Source: a virus. Taken from it: a stretch of DNA of 64,000 bases. A program made the position numbers and the translations under genes. Positions 1 through 7,504 of this stretch are shown in pieces (position 1 is the first letter of the stretch; the number at the start of each line of letters is the position of its first letter). The DNA lies in IMG/VR virus record IMGVR_UViG_3300045988_134583, positions 9,820 through 73,819 of that record. The stretch is one strand, 5' to 3'. The notes under the pieces are model-generated. The model searched no databases. It was given only the letters and a program-made list of their open reading frames with translations, and was not told the origin of the DNA.

Positions 1-2
1 TT

Positions 3-359
3 GAAGGCTATCAGGAAGGAGATCTAATCTGCTACATTGCCCCTTTTTACGGCATCCCGCTAACGCTTAATATCGCCATCCGTAAGACTGGGGAGCTAAT
101 TTTCCGCTCGTGGAGCTGGAACGGTGGAGGGAATACATACCTGCACACCGAAGAAGTAGCCGCTGGCCGTGAAAAATCCCCATTCCAGCGCGGTTTTGTG
201 CCGACACAAGCACAGATCGATACCGTAAGCGGATTGTTTTCCGGTCGTATCACGTTTGACGGTTTGGAGCTTCCCCCGGGAAAATCATTGCAGGAAATAT
301 GTCATGTTGACGTAAGACGTGAGGAGGAGCTTGTCGGGCATAAAATATACCTGGCGTGA
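3..359 (+). CDS. C-terminal fragment of hypothetical protein (5' end outside window)
   Basis: Frame 3 is open from the window edge to TGA at 357-359 (...EGYQEGDLICYIAPFYG...GHKIYLA*). No recognisable motif. Confidence 0.4.
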   Translation, partial: EGYQEGDLICYIAPFYGIPLTLNIAIRKTGELIFRSWSWNGGGNTYLHTEEVAAGREKSPFQRGFVPTQAQIDTVSGLFSGRITFDGLELPPGKSLQEICHVDVRREEELVGHKIYLA

Positions 360-445
360 TATCGGACAAACATTCTATGCATATATATTCAATATTATGC
401 GCAGAGTTATGCAATCGTTAAAGACTAAAAAGGAGGAAGAAACAA

Positions 446-964
446 ATGGAAATGTTTGAAGTCGGCAAGCCTGCCCCATGGCTCAACCTGTCCAAGGAGG
501 GCGCATATTTTGATCTGGACGGATCCGGTTTTTTGCTGGTGTACAACTACAACTCCCCCACTCCCGGCGAGACCGCAGCGTTTCAGGCTGGCACGGCCTG
601 TGAGTTCCGGTTTGTCCGTGTGGGCGGTGTGCTGTTCCTGCTTTCCAAGCTGGGGTCGCTACCGTGGAATGATTCCCCATTTGCTTTGCAGCTGGCCCGT
701 ACTCCTTCCCTGCCGGAGGTTCCGGAGGAAAAAGGCTATGCGGTGACTATGGTACTGCTGGACAACAAAACAAAGCTCGTGCGCGGCTTACGTCTGGTGG
801 GGATGGGTACTCAGTTTTCGCAAAAATTAAGGGCAGAGATTTTGGAAGATGTAGGCAAGCCCATGCTGCGGGAAGAATACTTTGCGAGGGTAGCGGCGGT
901 GCAGTCTATGTACACCACCAGCGCCCTTGTGTCCTTTGCGTCTGACCGGTATAAAATAAACTAA
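446..964 (+). CDS. hypothetical protein (172 aa)
   Basis: ORF-track ORF preceded by AAAAGGAGGAAG RBS. Followed by a hairpin terminator. No motif recognised. Confidence 0.6.
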   Translation: MEMFEVGKPAPWLNLSKEGAYFDLDGSGFLLVYNYNSPTPGETAAFQAGTACEFRFVRVGGVLFLLSKLGSLPWNDSPFALQLARTPSLPEVPEEKGYAVTMVLLDNKTKLVRGLRLVGMGTQFSQKLRAEILEDVGKPMLREEYFARVAAVQSMYTTSALVSFASDRYKIN

Positions 965-987
965 GCGCAGAGACGAAAAAAGAAAAG

Positions 988-1010
988 GCGGAGCCGTTAA
1001 GCTCCGCTTT
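988..1010 (+). terminator. putative intrinsic terminator
   Basis: GCGGAGC-cgttaa-GCTCCGC stem-loop followed by TTT, 24 nt after the stop of 446..964. Confidence 0.45.
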
Positions 1011-1297
1011 GTGGCCTACCCACTAATGATATTTTCAATCCACACCCATTTCTGGGTGACAAGTGCCGTTTCCGTCGTTTTGATTGTTATATCATAAACA
1101 CCAAATTTCAATCCAACACCCCATTTCCAGGGGACACATAGAGAATAACATACGTCTCTGCCTATGTCAAGCGCTAATTATGGACAGAACCATTCCCCCG
1201 AATCAGGGTAGTGGTTTCTTCCTCTTGTTCCATACGAATTGATATTGATGATTACTGTCTTGCTTTTATGCGCAGAGCTTTGAAAACGCCGGAAGTT

Positions 1298-1933
1298 TTA
1301 TTTCTTATCCCCGTACTGCCCGTAGATCGCAGCACTGACGGAAAACTCTATGCCGTACCGATCTTTCAGGTCGAACAGTTTCACCGTCTCGTTAAATATT
1401 TTATCGTATTCCGGAAGCCGCTCCGCAGGTATCTCATCCTTCGGTACGGCCTTTTCTTTGTGCAGACGCATCCCCATGGCCTTCCCTGCTACTTTGGCCG
1501 CCGCGCAGTAATGTTTCCTGTCGCCCAATCCAGCCTCGTAAAGGTATCTATTTCCCTTCTTCTGGTTCTCCCTTGACAACATACGCAGAGCATCCGCTGC
1601 GCCCAATCCAGCGGCATTTCTAAGGGCCGGTAGGACTTCGTGGGTAATCCAGCGCTTGAAGGACTTGGCTTCGGGTTTACGGGAACCCAGGATCAGGGTA
1701 TATAGGCCGGGTTCATTAACCACCGCCACGTTGGGATTGCCTCGTTGATTACCCTCATTTGAAATGAGGGTAATTATCTTCTCGTCCTCGTCCAGTCGCG
1801 AAATAGCTTGAGACGGATTCCTGATATCAAGAGCATTGCATACGTCAGCCGCTGCAAACCACGGTTCTCCATCGATCATGACTGTTCTTACTTTTCCAAA
1901 TTCAGGATGCTCAAAGATTTTGTTCGCTTGCAT
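1298..1933 (-). CDS. Bro-N domain protein (prophage antirepressor family)
   Basis: N-terminus FEHPEFGKVRTVMIDGEPWFAAADVCNALDI...NEPGLYTLILGSRKPEAKSFKRWITHEVLP is the classic Bro-N signature. Confidence 0.8.
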   Translation of the reverse strand: MQANKIFEHPEFGKVRTVMIDGEPWFAAADVCNALDIRNPSQAISRLDEDEKIITLISNEGNQRGNPNVAVVNEPGLYTLILGSRKPEAKSFKRWITHEVLPALRNAAGLGAADALRMLSRENQKKGNRYLYEAGLGDRKHYCAAAKVAGKAMGMRLHKEKAVPKDEIPAERLPEYDKIFNETVKLFDLKDRYGIEFSVSAAIYGQYGDKK

Positions 1934-2142
1934 TGATTTTTCCTTTCTATTATGCGCAGAGTTCTAAATGCGTTGATTGCGACGCGCTTTCCGCAGACGG
2001 AGTACATTTGCGTACCCCATTGCTTGGCCGAATAGGTATACGGTGTTTTGCCGTACACCGGGTTTCGTTTGAATGACCATCGGTTAAATCGACGGTCATT
2101 TATTGTCAGCGCCTACGATACGGCATCCTCCCGTACCCGCCC

Positions 2143-3021
2143 TCACCCTTCCCTATCTTCTTCGCTTCCCCACTTCCTGTACACGGTATCGCTGACGGAG
2201 ATATCCAGCCCGAAACGCTCTTTGAATGACATAATCTCCACTACATCGTCCAGTATGGGCTGACGGTCTTTGAGCATGTCCGGGGACATGTCGCCCTTGT
2301 GCAACATTGTCGGAAGTCCTGCACGGTTGGAAACTGCCTTATCCGCTATGGTATTGGCCTTAATGTAGTCCTGCCTTGTTAGTTCTCTTGTTCCCTGGAT
2401 CTCGTCACGCATCTTACGCATGGCTTCCTTCTGTTGCTCCTTGTCCATCATGCGGAAAACCTCAAAGCCTTCAAAGCCGCTCTTTTGTCGCAGGGTACGG
2501 AGCATGTTGTACACCCAGCGTCGGAACACCTTTGCTTCCTTCTTGCGGCTCATGAAGATAGCATCGTATACGGCAAGCTCGTTGGCGATCAAAAGCTCCT
2601 GCTGACCGCCGGAAGTAGGAATTAGCGCAGTAGACAATTCCGGGGCTTTATCCTCGCTCCCCTCGTTTGAAACGAGGGAAGATATACATTTTCTATCGTA
2701 TTTATACAGAGGAGTTTTTCTATCGCCGTCTGTACTTTTTGCAAGGGTATCGTTTGAAACGATACCCTTTATGCACTTCTTGTTATTTTTATTCTCATCA
2801 TTTTTTACCAGTTCGCCAAGCTTTTCCGAAAGGGTATTGTTTGAAACAATACCCTTTATGCATCCATATTCATCTGAAAGCCTATGTGCAACATTGTAAG
2901 CTTGCAACCCCAGTGCGTCGCATATGTCCTTCAACACGCCCCACCATTCTCCGTCCTTCCACACAAACCGAATGTTATGACCTGCCCAGTTTTCAACCTT
3001 AATTTCTGCCTTTGCCCTCAT
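2143..3021 (-). CDS. Bro-N domain protein with triplicated 29-aa insert
   Basis: GHNIRFVWKDGEWWGVLKDICDALG ... ELAVYDAIFMSRKKEAKVFRRWVYNML matches Bro-N. Start moved to the ATG at 3021 behind a GGAGG RBS. Internal CIKGIVSN(N/D)TL / CISSLVSNEG repeats. Confidence 0.75.
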   Translation of the reverse strand: MRAKAEIKVENWAGHNIRFVWKDGEWWGVLKDICDALGLQAYNVAHRLSDEYGCIKGIVSNNTLSEKLGELVKNDENKNNKKCIKGIVSNDTLAKSTDGDRKTPLYKYDRKCISSLVSNEGSEDKAPELSTALIPTSGGQQELLIANELAVYDAIFMSRKKEAKVFRRWVYNMLRTLRQKSGFEGFEVFRMMDKEQQKEAMRKMRDEIQGTRELTRQDYIKANTIADKAVSNRAGLPTMLHKGDMSPDMLKDRQPILDDVVEIMSFKERFGLDISVSDTVYRKWGSEEDREG

Positions 3022-3268
3022 GTGAGACCTCCATGTGTATCGATTGGATGTGATGCCCGAAAGCATAACAATCATTAGAACAAAAAAGCCGGGATTTGGA
3101 AACTGAAACGCCCTGGTTCACAATTTTTCTACCTTTACAGCGAACACATTTTCGGTTATGCCGTTAATAGCGGGATGTACATAGTACGAAATCGTACTAA
3201 AGAGCAGCCTTACGCATCGAAAACTGCAAAAATTAGTATAAGAGAGGGATAAAACCTCTCTTTTTCTA

Positions 3269-3297
3269 TTTACGTCCTGAATTATATATGTTATAAT
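3269..3297 (+). promoter_or_regulatory. putative sigma70-type promoter
   Basis: TTTACG, 17-nt spacer, TGtTATAAT (extended -10), about 25 nt upstream of the 3320 start. Confidence 0.45.
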
Positions 3298-3319
3298 CTG
3301 TTGAAAAGGAGGTGATTTC

Positions 3320-4231
3320 GTGTTAATTAAATGTCCCGAATGTGGGAAAGAGTTTTCAGACAAAGCCCCTGCGTGTCCCGGATGTGGATGCCCGGTAGAA
3401 GAAGCGAAGAAAATTATTGAGGAAGCAGAGAAAGCCACGGATCCTGCCGAATCATCGGTTGAAGCGCAAACAGAGTCACAACCCAAGGCAGAAGTGAAAT
3501 CCCAGACGGAAATGCAGGAAGAGCAACACCCCGAACCCGCATCAGATTCGGAGGAACAGGAAAAGAAGGAACTTATAGCACAGGCGGCCAGTATATTGAA
3601 CGCACAAGCTAACAAATTGCTGAACGATCAGTGCCCGGAAGCCACGCGGAATGAAGATTCTACATCGAATAAGGAGGACGCTCCGAACACCGGAAGAAAG
3701 AACAAAGGGAAGGCTCCCGCAGGCCTTATGGTCGCTATCTTTTTCGTTCTCCTGTTTATTTTTGCACAGGTATTGAAGACTAATCAGGAAAAAGAAGCAG
3801 AAAAGCGCTCCCGGGCTACCGCAACTCCGTACCATTCATATACCTCAAGTTATTCTGGTTCCTACGGTTCGTCCAGTTCTTCCAGTTCTTCTTCCAGCGG
3901 TTTTAAGTCCGATGCAGAGAATATCGGGAAAACTTACTCAACCCTTATTGGAAACGGAACATCCTACATGGTAATTGACGACGCGCTATGGATCATATCC
4001 TCTCTTGATCTTACCAGCTCTCAGTACAAGGCTTTAAGGTCTACAACCGACGGCAAAAAAATGATCGATGATTTGATAGATGGAGCGAAAGAAATTTGTA
4101 ATACCGTAATGGAGACATACGAGGAATTAGGCTACACCAATAAACATATAAATTTTGAGGTTGGTTCCACAAGCGGAAGTACACTGCTATTGGTGGTTGA
4201 CGGCAAGGTTAAGGTTGATGCTTCAAAATAA
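3320..4231 (+). CDS. zinc-ribbon membrane protein
   Basis: GTG start behind AAAGGAGGTG. N-terminal CPECG...CPGCGC zinc ribbon, acidic linker, one hydrophobic helix (LMVAIFFVLLFIFAQVL), poly-Ser tract. Confidence 0.65.
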   Translation: MLIKCPECGKEFSDKAPACPGCGCPVEEAKKIIEEAEKATDPAESSVEAQTESQPKAEVKSQTEMQEEQHPEPASDSEEQEKKELIAQAASILNAQANKLLNDQCPEATRNEDSTSNKEDAPNTGRKNKGKAPAGLMVAIFFVLLFIFAQVLKTNQEKEAEKRSRATATPYHSYTSSYSGSYGSSSSSSSSSSGFKSDAENIGKTYSTLIGNGTSYMVIDDALWIISSLDLTSSQYKALRSTTDGKKMIDDLIDGAKEICNTVMETYEELGYTNKHINFEVGSTSGSTLLLVVDGKVKVDASK

Positions 4232-4246
4232 AAGGAGAATAAAGTA

Positions 4247-4774
4247 ATGAAGAGATTGTTTATATCGTTTCTTGCTATCTTGTTGGTTTTATCTTTTGTT
4301 GGATGCGCCAGCGGCACGTCTCTGTTTGCGTCTGTTTCCCCAACCCCAACGGAAGAACCAACTCCGTCCCCTTCCCCCACTCCTGAACCTACGCCAACAC
4401 TAAGCCCGGAAGAGCAACAGAAAAAAGAAAACGCAAAGAACTTAATAATTCTTATGTTCTCCGCAAAGCTTGGGAAATACTACGAAGGATACACGTTTCA
4501 TGAAGATACGAACACTTTGGAATTGAAAGTAGAAATCCCTGGTGCCAGAGAGGAATGCTACAATTCCGATAAAAGCAAATGGGAAGAACTATGCGATATA
4601 CAAATGGAAATGACCAAAACTTTTTCTTTGGACGAAATGAAGTTTGATGTAATGATATCCATCCTGAACGACGATCCACAAGCCGGAGATCCTGCGATAC
4701 TGTACTCCACCGTCAACGGATACACCACCTATGACGCAGGTGGCCTTAATAAAAACATGATGCCAGAAAAATAG
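4247..4774 (+). CDS. lipoprotein
   Basis: MKRLFISFLAILLVLSFVGCASG is a signal peptide with a lipobox (L-S-F-V-G-C). Pro/Thr/Glu-rich linker follows. Confidence 0.7.
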   Translation: MKRLFISFLAILLVLSFVGCASGTSLFASVSPTPTEEPTPSPSPTPEPTPTLSPEEQQKKENAKNLIILMFSAKLGKYYEGYTFHEDTNTLELKVEIPGAREECYNSDKSKWEELCDIQMEMTKTFSLDEMKFDVMISILNDDPQAGDPAILYSTVNGYTTYDAGGLNKNMMPEK

Positions 4775-4785
4775 TGTCTATAAAA

Positions 4786-4808
4786 AGAGAGGGCTTCGGC
4801 CCTCTTTT
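4786..4808 (+). terminator. intrinsic terminator
   Basis: AGAGAGGGC-ttcg-GCCCTCTTTT hairpin plus T-run just after the lipoprotein stop. Confidence 0.65.
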
Positions 4809-4887
4809 ACATTTTGTTCATAAATTTGCCATTTACTTTTGACAACCATAAGTGCTATACTTTTGCTTAGCAAAAGGAGGTGATTAT

Positions 4888-5061
4888 GTGTCGGCAAAGA
4901 TGGGTCGGCCAACGGAATATCCTAAACCATACCAAATCGGAATTAGAATAGGGCCAGACGAAAAGGCTATACTGGATGCTTATTGTGAACAAGAAGGAGT
5001 TAGCCAGGCCAAAGCGGTAAGGATTGGAATCGGAAAACTGAAAGCCGACATAAAAAAATAA
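4888..5061 (+). CDS. small ribbon-helix-helix (MobC/CopG-like) protein
   Basis: GTG start 7 nt after AAGGAGG. (M)SAKMGRPTEYPKPYQIGIRIGPDEKAILDAYCEQEGVSQAKAVRIGI fits the GRP...beta-strand...helix RHH pattern. Paralog of 5383..5550. Confidence 0.55.
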   Translation: MSAKMGRPTEYPKPYQIGIRIGPDEKAILDAYCEQEGVSQAKAVRIGIGKLKADIKK

Positions 5062-5322
5062 GGCAACGCTTTTACTTTGAGCGGTGGAGCGAAGCCTTAT
5101 CGTACCGACCCTTTCGGGAGGTGTAAATATTGTACTACACAATTCCGAAAAGGTCAAACATGAATTTGATTTTGGAGGAATGAACACAAATGTATTTTCC
5201 CCCAAATGGGGGAAAACTAAAAAAACGCCTACATTGCTTGAAAAATTGTGTATCTAATTTCATCCTGAAAGATTAAATCTAAAAAATGCGCACGAGTTAA
5301 CATTCAATTCATATTTTCGTTC

Positions 5323-5352
5323 TTGACTTATCGTCAGGACATGATGTATTAT
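5323..5352 (+). promoter_or_regulatory. putative sigma70-type promoter
   Basis: TTGACT, 18-nt spacer, TATTAT, about 30 nt upstream of the 5383 start. Confidence 0.45.
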
Positions 5353-5382
5353 ATTTGTGTGGACAGAAAGTGAGGTGAATCA

Positions 5383-5550
5383 ATGTCTCCAAAGACGGGT
5401 AGGCCGAAGATAGATAATCCAAAGACATCGAGGTTGGAAATCCGCGTTACACCAGACGAAAAGGCTGAAATACAAAGCTTTTCAAGAAAAAGCGGGTACT
5501 CTCTCCTTTCTCTCTTAAAAATTGGAATCGATTCGGTTAAACAAAAATAA
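5383..5550 (+). CDS. small ribbon-helix-helix (MobC/CopG-like) protein, 55 aa
   Basis: Not in the ORF track (<60 aa). My translation: MSPKTGRPKIDNPKTSRLEIRVTPDEKAEIQSFSRKSGYSLLSLLKIGIDSVKQK. RBS GTGAGGTGA. Confidence 0.55.
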   Translation: MSPKTGRPKIDNPKTSRLEIRVTPDEKAEIQSFSRKSGYSLLSLLKIGIDSVKQK

Positions 5551-5675
5551 CGAGCTGTACTTTGGTAGAGACCAGCTCGTTATCCACCCAAAACAAGTCT
5601 CGTAAAAACTGAAAGGGCACATATATTTTACACTGCCCTTTCAAGAATTGCAAGTGAAAAAAGAAAGGGATCAGT

Positions 5676-5966
5676 ATGAATCTTATCGAAACACAGGAAA
5701 GAACCTTCAAAGAGTTTAAGGACGCAGTTTCTCAGGCCAACGAAAAAGTTGATAAAATCTACAGCAAGGGCGTTGACACCATTGATCTGGTGCTGAACAT
5801 CGAAACCGCATTGCGTTTCCTTGCAACGGACAAACTAAGGGACATGGACGAAGATGTATTCCGCATGGTCAGTCTGGTTCTGACAGGGGCAATGCGCATC
5901 GAGGAAGAACTACAGGGAATTGTAGATGCGGTCTATGACGTGGGAAGGAGCCTGACCAATGAGTAG
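5676..5966 (+). CDS. hypothetical protein (96 aa)
   Basis: ORF with AAGAAAGGGA RBS. Its 3' end overlaps the next start (translational coupling). Confidence 0.55.
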   Translation: MNLIETQERTFKEFKDAVSQANEKVDKIYSKGVDTIDLVLNIETALRFLATDKLRDMDEDVFRMVSLVLTGAMRIEEELQGIVDAVYDVGRSLTNE

Positions 5967-6948
5967 GGCTTTAACAATCTTCAACCGGGACATAATCCCC
6001 GTCTACACCACCAACGAAGGTAAGCAGATAGTTATAGGCCGAGAGCTGCATAGATGCTTGCACAGCAAATACCAATACTTAGACTGGTTCAAGAAGATGT
6101 GCTCTTATGGTTTTGTTGAAGGGCAAGACTACTTCCCCTACATCCCCTCTTCCGAAACAGATGGAAATGAATACAAAAGTATTTTTTCAGAAAAAACTGA
6201 AAAAATCAAAAACCCCGAAGAACAGGAAAAAATTGGACGTGGCCGTCCTTCCCGAGACCACTATCTTACCTTCGATATGGCAAAGCACATTGCCATGATC
6301 CAGCGCACTCCCGAGGGATTTGCAATCCGTCAAAAGCTGTTGGAGCTGGAAGAACGTGTGCGTAACCAGATGGTCGCCCTTCCGCAAGACCTTCCCTCCG
6401 CATTGCGCAGACTGGCCGACACGGAAGAACAGAATCAGGCTCTCCGGTGCGCCAACAACCGCCTCCATTCCGAAGTGCAGACGATGGAACACGAGATCGG
6501 CCTGATGGTAGATAAAGCGGACTTCTGCGACACCCTGCAAAACACGACGAACCTTTTCAGCATGAAGGAGCTGTCCGTGTACCTGACGCAGAACGGCGTA
6601 CCACTGGGCAGAACGCGGCTGATGGAACAGCTTCGTAAGGACGGCTACTTATGCAAGGGTGGGCAGTACCGCAACTCCCCGTCGCAGTTCTCTATCGACA
6701 TGGGTCTGCTGATCGGGAGCATGACCACCTATAAGGAAGGGCGCAAGGTAATCCACTACACTTCCCCGAAGGCTACGGCAAAGGGCTTTGAATACTTCCT
6801 GCGCAAGTACGGAGCCGTCAAGGAGCATCACGCCGAGGACATTGCGAAGCTAAGAGCCGAAGCGGTCAAGGGATTGCCCGAGCCGAACAAGAAGCTGCTG
6901 CCTAAGCCGGAACCCCCGAAGAACCTTTACGGAAGCATCGACTTTTAG
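5959..6948 (+). CDS. phage antirepressor (AntA N-terminal + KilAC C-terminal type)
   Basis: N-terminus IIPVYTTNEGKQIVIGRELHRCLHSKYQYLDWFKKM is AntA-like. C-terminus FSMKELSVYLTQNGVPLGRTRLMEQLRKDGYL is KilA-C/ANT-like. Confidence 0.8.
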   Translation: MSRALTIFNRDIIPVYTTNEGKQIVIGRELHRCLHSKYQYLDWFKKMCSYGFVEGQDYFPYIPSSETDGNEYKSIFSEKTEKIKNPEEQEKIGRGRPSRDHYLTFDMAKHIAMIQRTPEGFAIRQKLLELEERVRNQMVALPQDLPSALRRLADTEEQNQALRCANNRLHSEVQTMEHEIGLMVDKADFCDTLQNTTNLFSMKELSVYLTQNGVPLGRTRLMEQLRKDGYLCKGGQYRNSPSQFSIDMGLLIGSMTTYKEGRKVIHYTSPKATAKGFEYFLRKYGAVKEHHAEDIAKLRAEAVKGLPEPNKKLLPKPEPPKNLYGSIDF

Positions 6949-7037
6949 TAAACAATCGTTCACAAACAGGACGGAGGCAGGGCCGGAAACGGCTCTCCCT
7001 CCCCTATCTACTATAAATCGCAGAAGGGAGGAAGCGC

Positions 7038-7202
7038 ATGAAACCCGTAAGCGAAAACCTGAAAAAGTGGTTGAAGGAATACTACCCCGATAAGTACGAC
7101 GAAGTACGTCTGGGCAAGGAAGGTTCCTTCACCCCGCAGATGCAGCTGGAATATCTGAAATGGTGCAGAGGACAACGGCCAGTAAAACGGAAATGGAAAT
7201 AA
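7038..7202 (+). CDS. small hypothetical protein (54 aa)
   Basis: My translation: MKPVSENLKKWLKEYYPDKYDEVRLGKEGSFTPQMQLEYLKWCRGQRPVKRKWK, behind a GGGAGGAAG RBS. Below the track size cutoff. Confidence 0.35.
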   Translation: MKPVSENLKKWLKEYYPDKYDEVRLGKEGSFTPQMQLEYLKWCRGQRPVKRKWK

Positions 7203-7289
7203 ATTCAGGCCGACATCCGAAATTCCATGAACAAAACGACCGGATTATGCTATAATAATAGTATCGACAGGTGAAGGAGGATTGCCCAT

Positions 7290-7487
7290 ATGGCCGATAA
7301 GAAGAACAGAGTAAAAATCACTTGGTCTGACATTGTAAACGAATGTGTGCGCACATACGAAAAAAATCGAAAAATAAAGCAGGAGAACACACTTACCGGG
7401 AGTATTATTGGTGACTCGTTCCTGTTTGATGCCCTGATGGGAAGAAATAATCGCAGCCGGGACGACGACAGAAAGCGCAGAAGATAA
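7290..7487 (+). CDS. small basic hypothetical protein (65 aa)
   Basis: GAAGGAGG RBS. Sits directly upstream of the recombinase gene. An excisionase-like role is speculation only. Confidence 0.4.
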   Translation: MADKKNRVKITWSDIVNECVRTYEKNRKIKQENTLTGSIIGDSFLFDALMGRNNRSRDDDRKRRR

Positions 7488-7504
7488 GGAAGCAGGAGTG
7501 CAGT

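Noticed and set aside
1-1300. Host chromosome flank or prophage boundary at the left edge.
   Set aside because: No housekeeping-type gene, tRNA or att repeat is present. The neighbouring genes are Bro-type phage genes, and the only att-like site (57 kb) looks like an unrecombined attP. I therefore do not claim a phage/host junction in this window.
4817-4825. TTCATAAAT shared between the 4.8-kb intergenic region and the 8537/8574 repeats, as possible att sites delimiting an inserted island.
   Set aside because: Only a 9-nt match, which is expected by chance in a 64-kb window on two strands, and there is no extended similarity.
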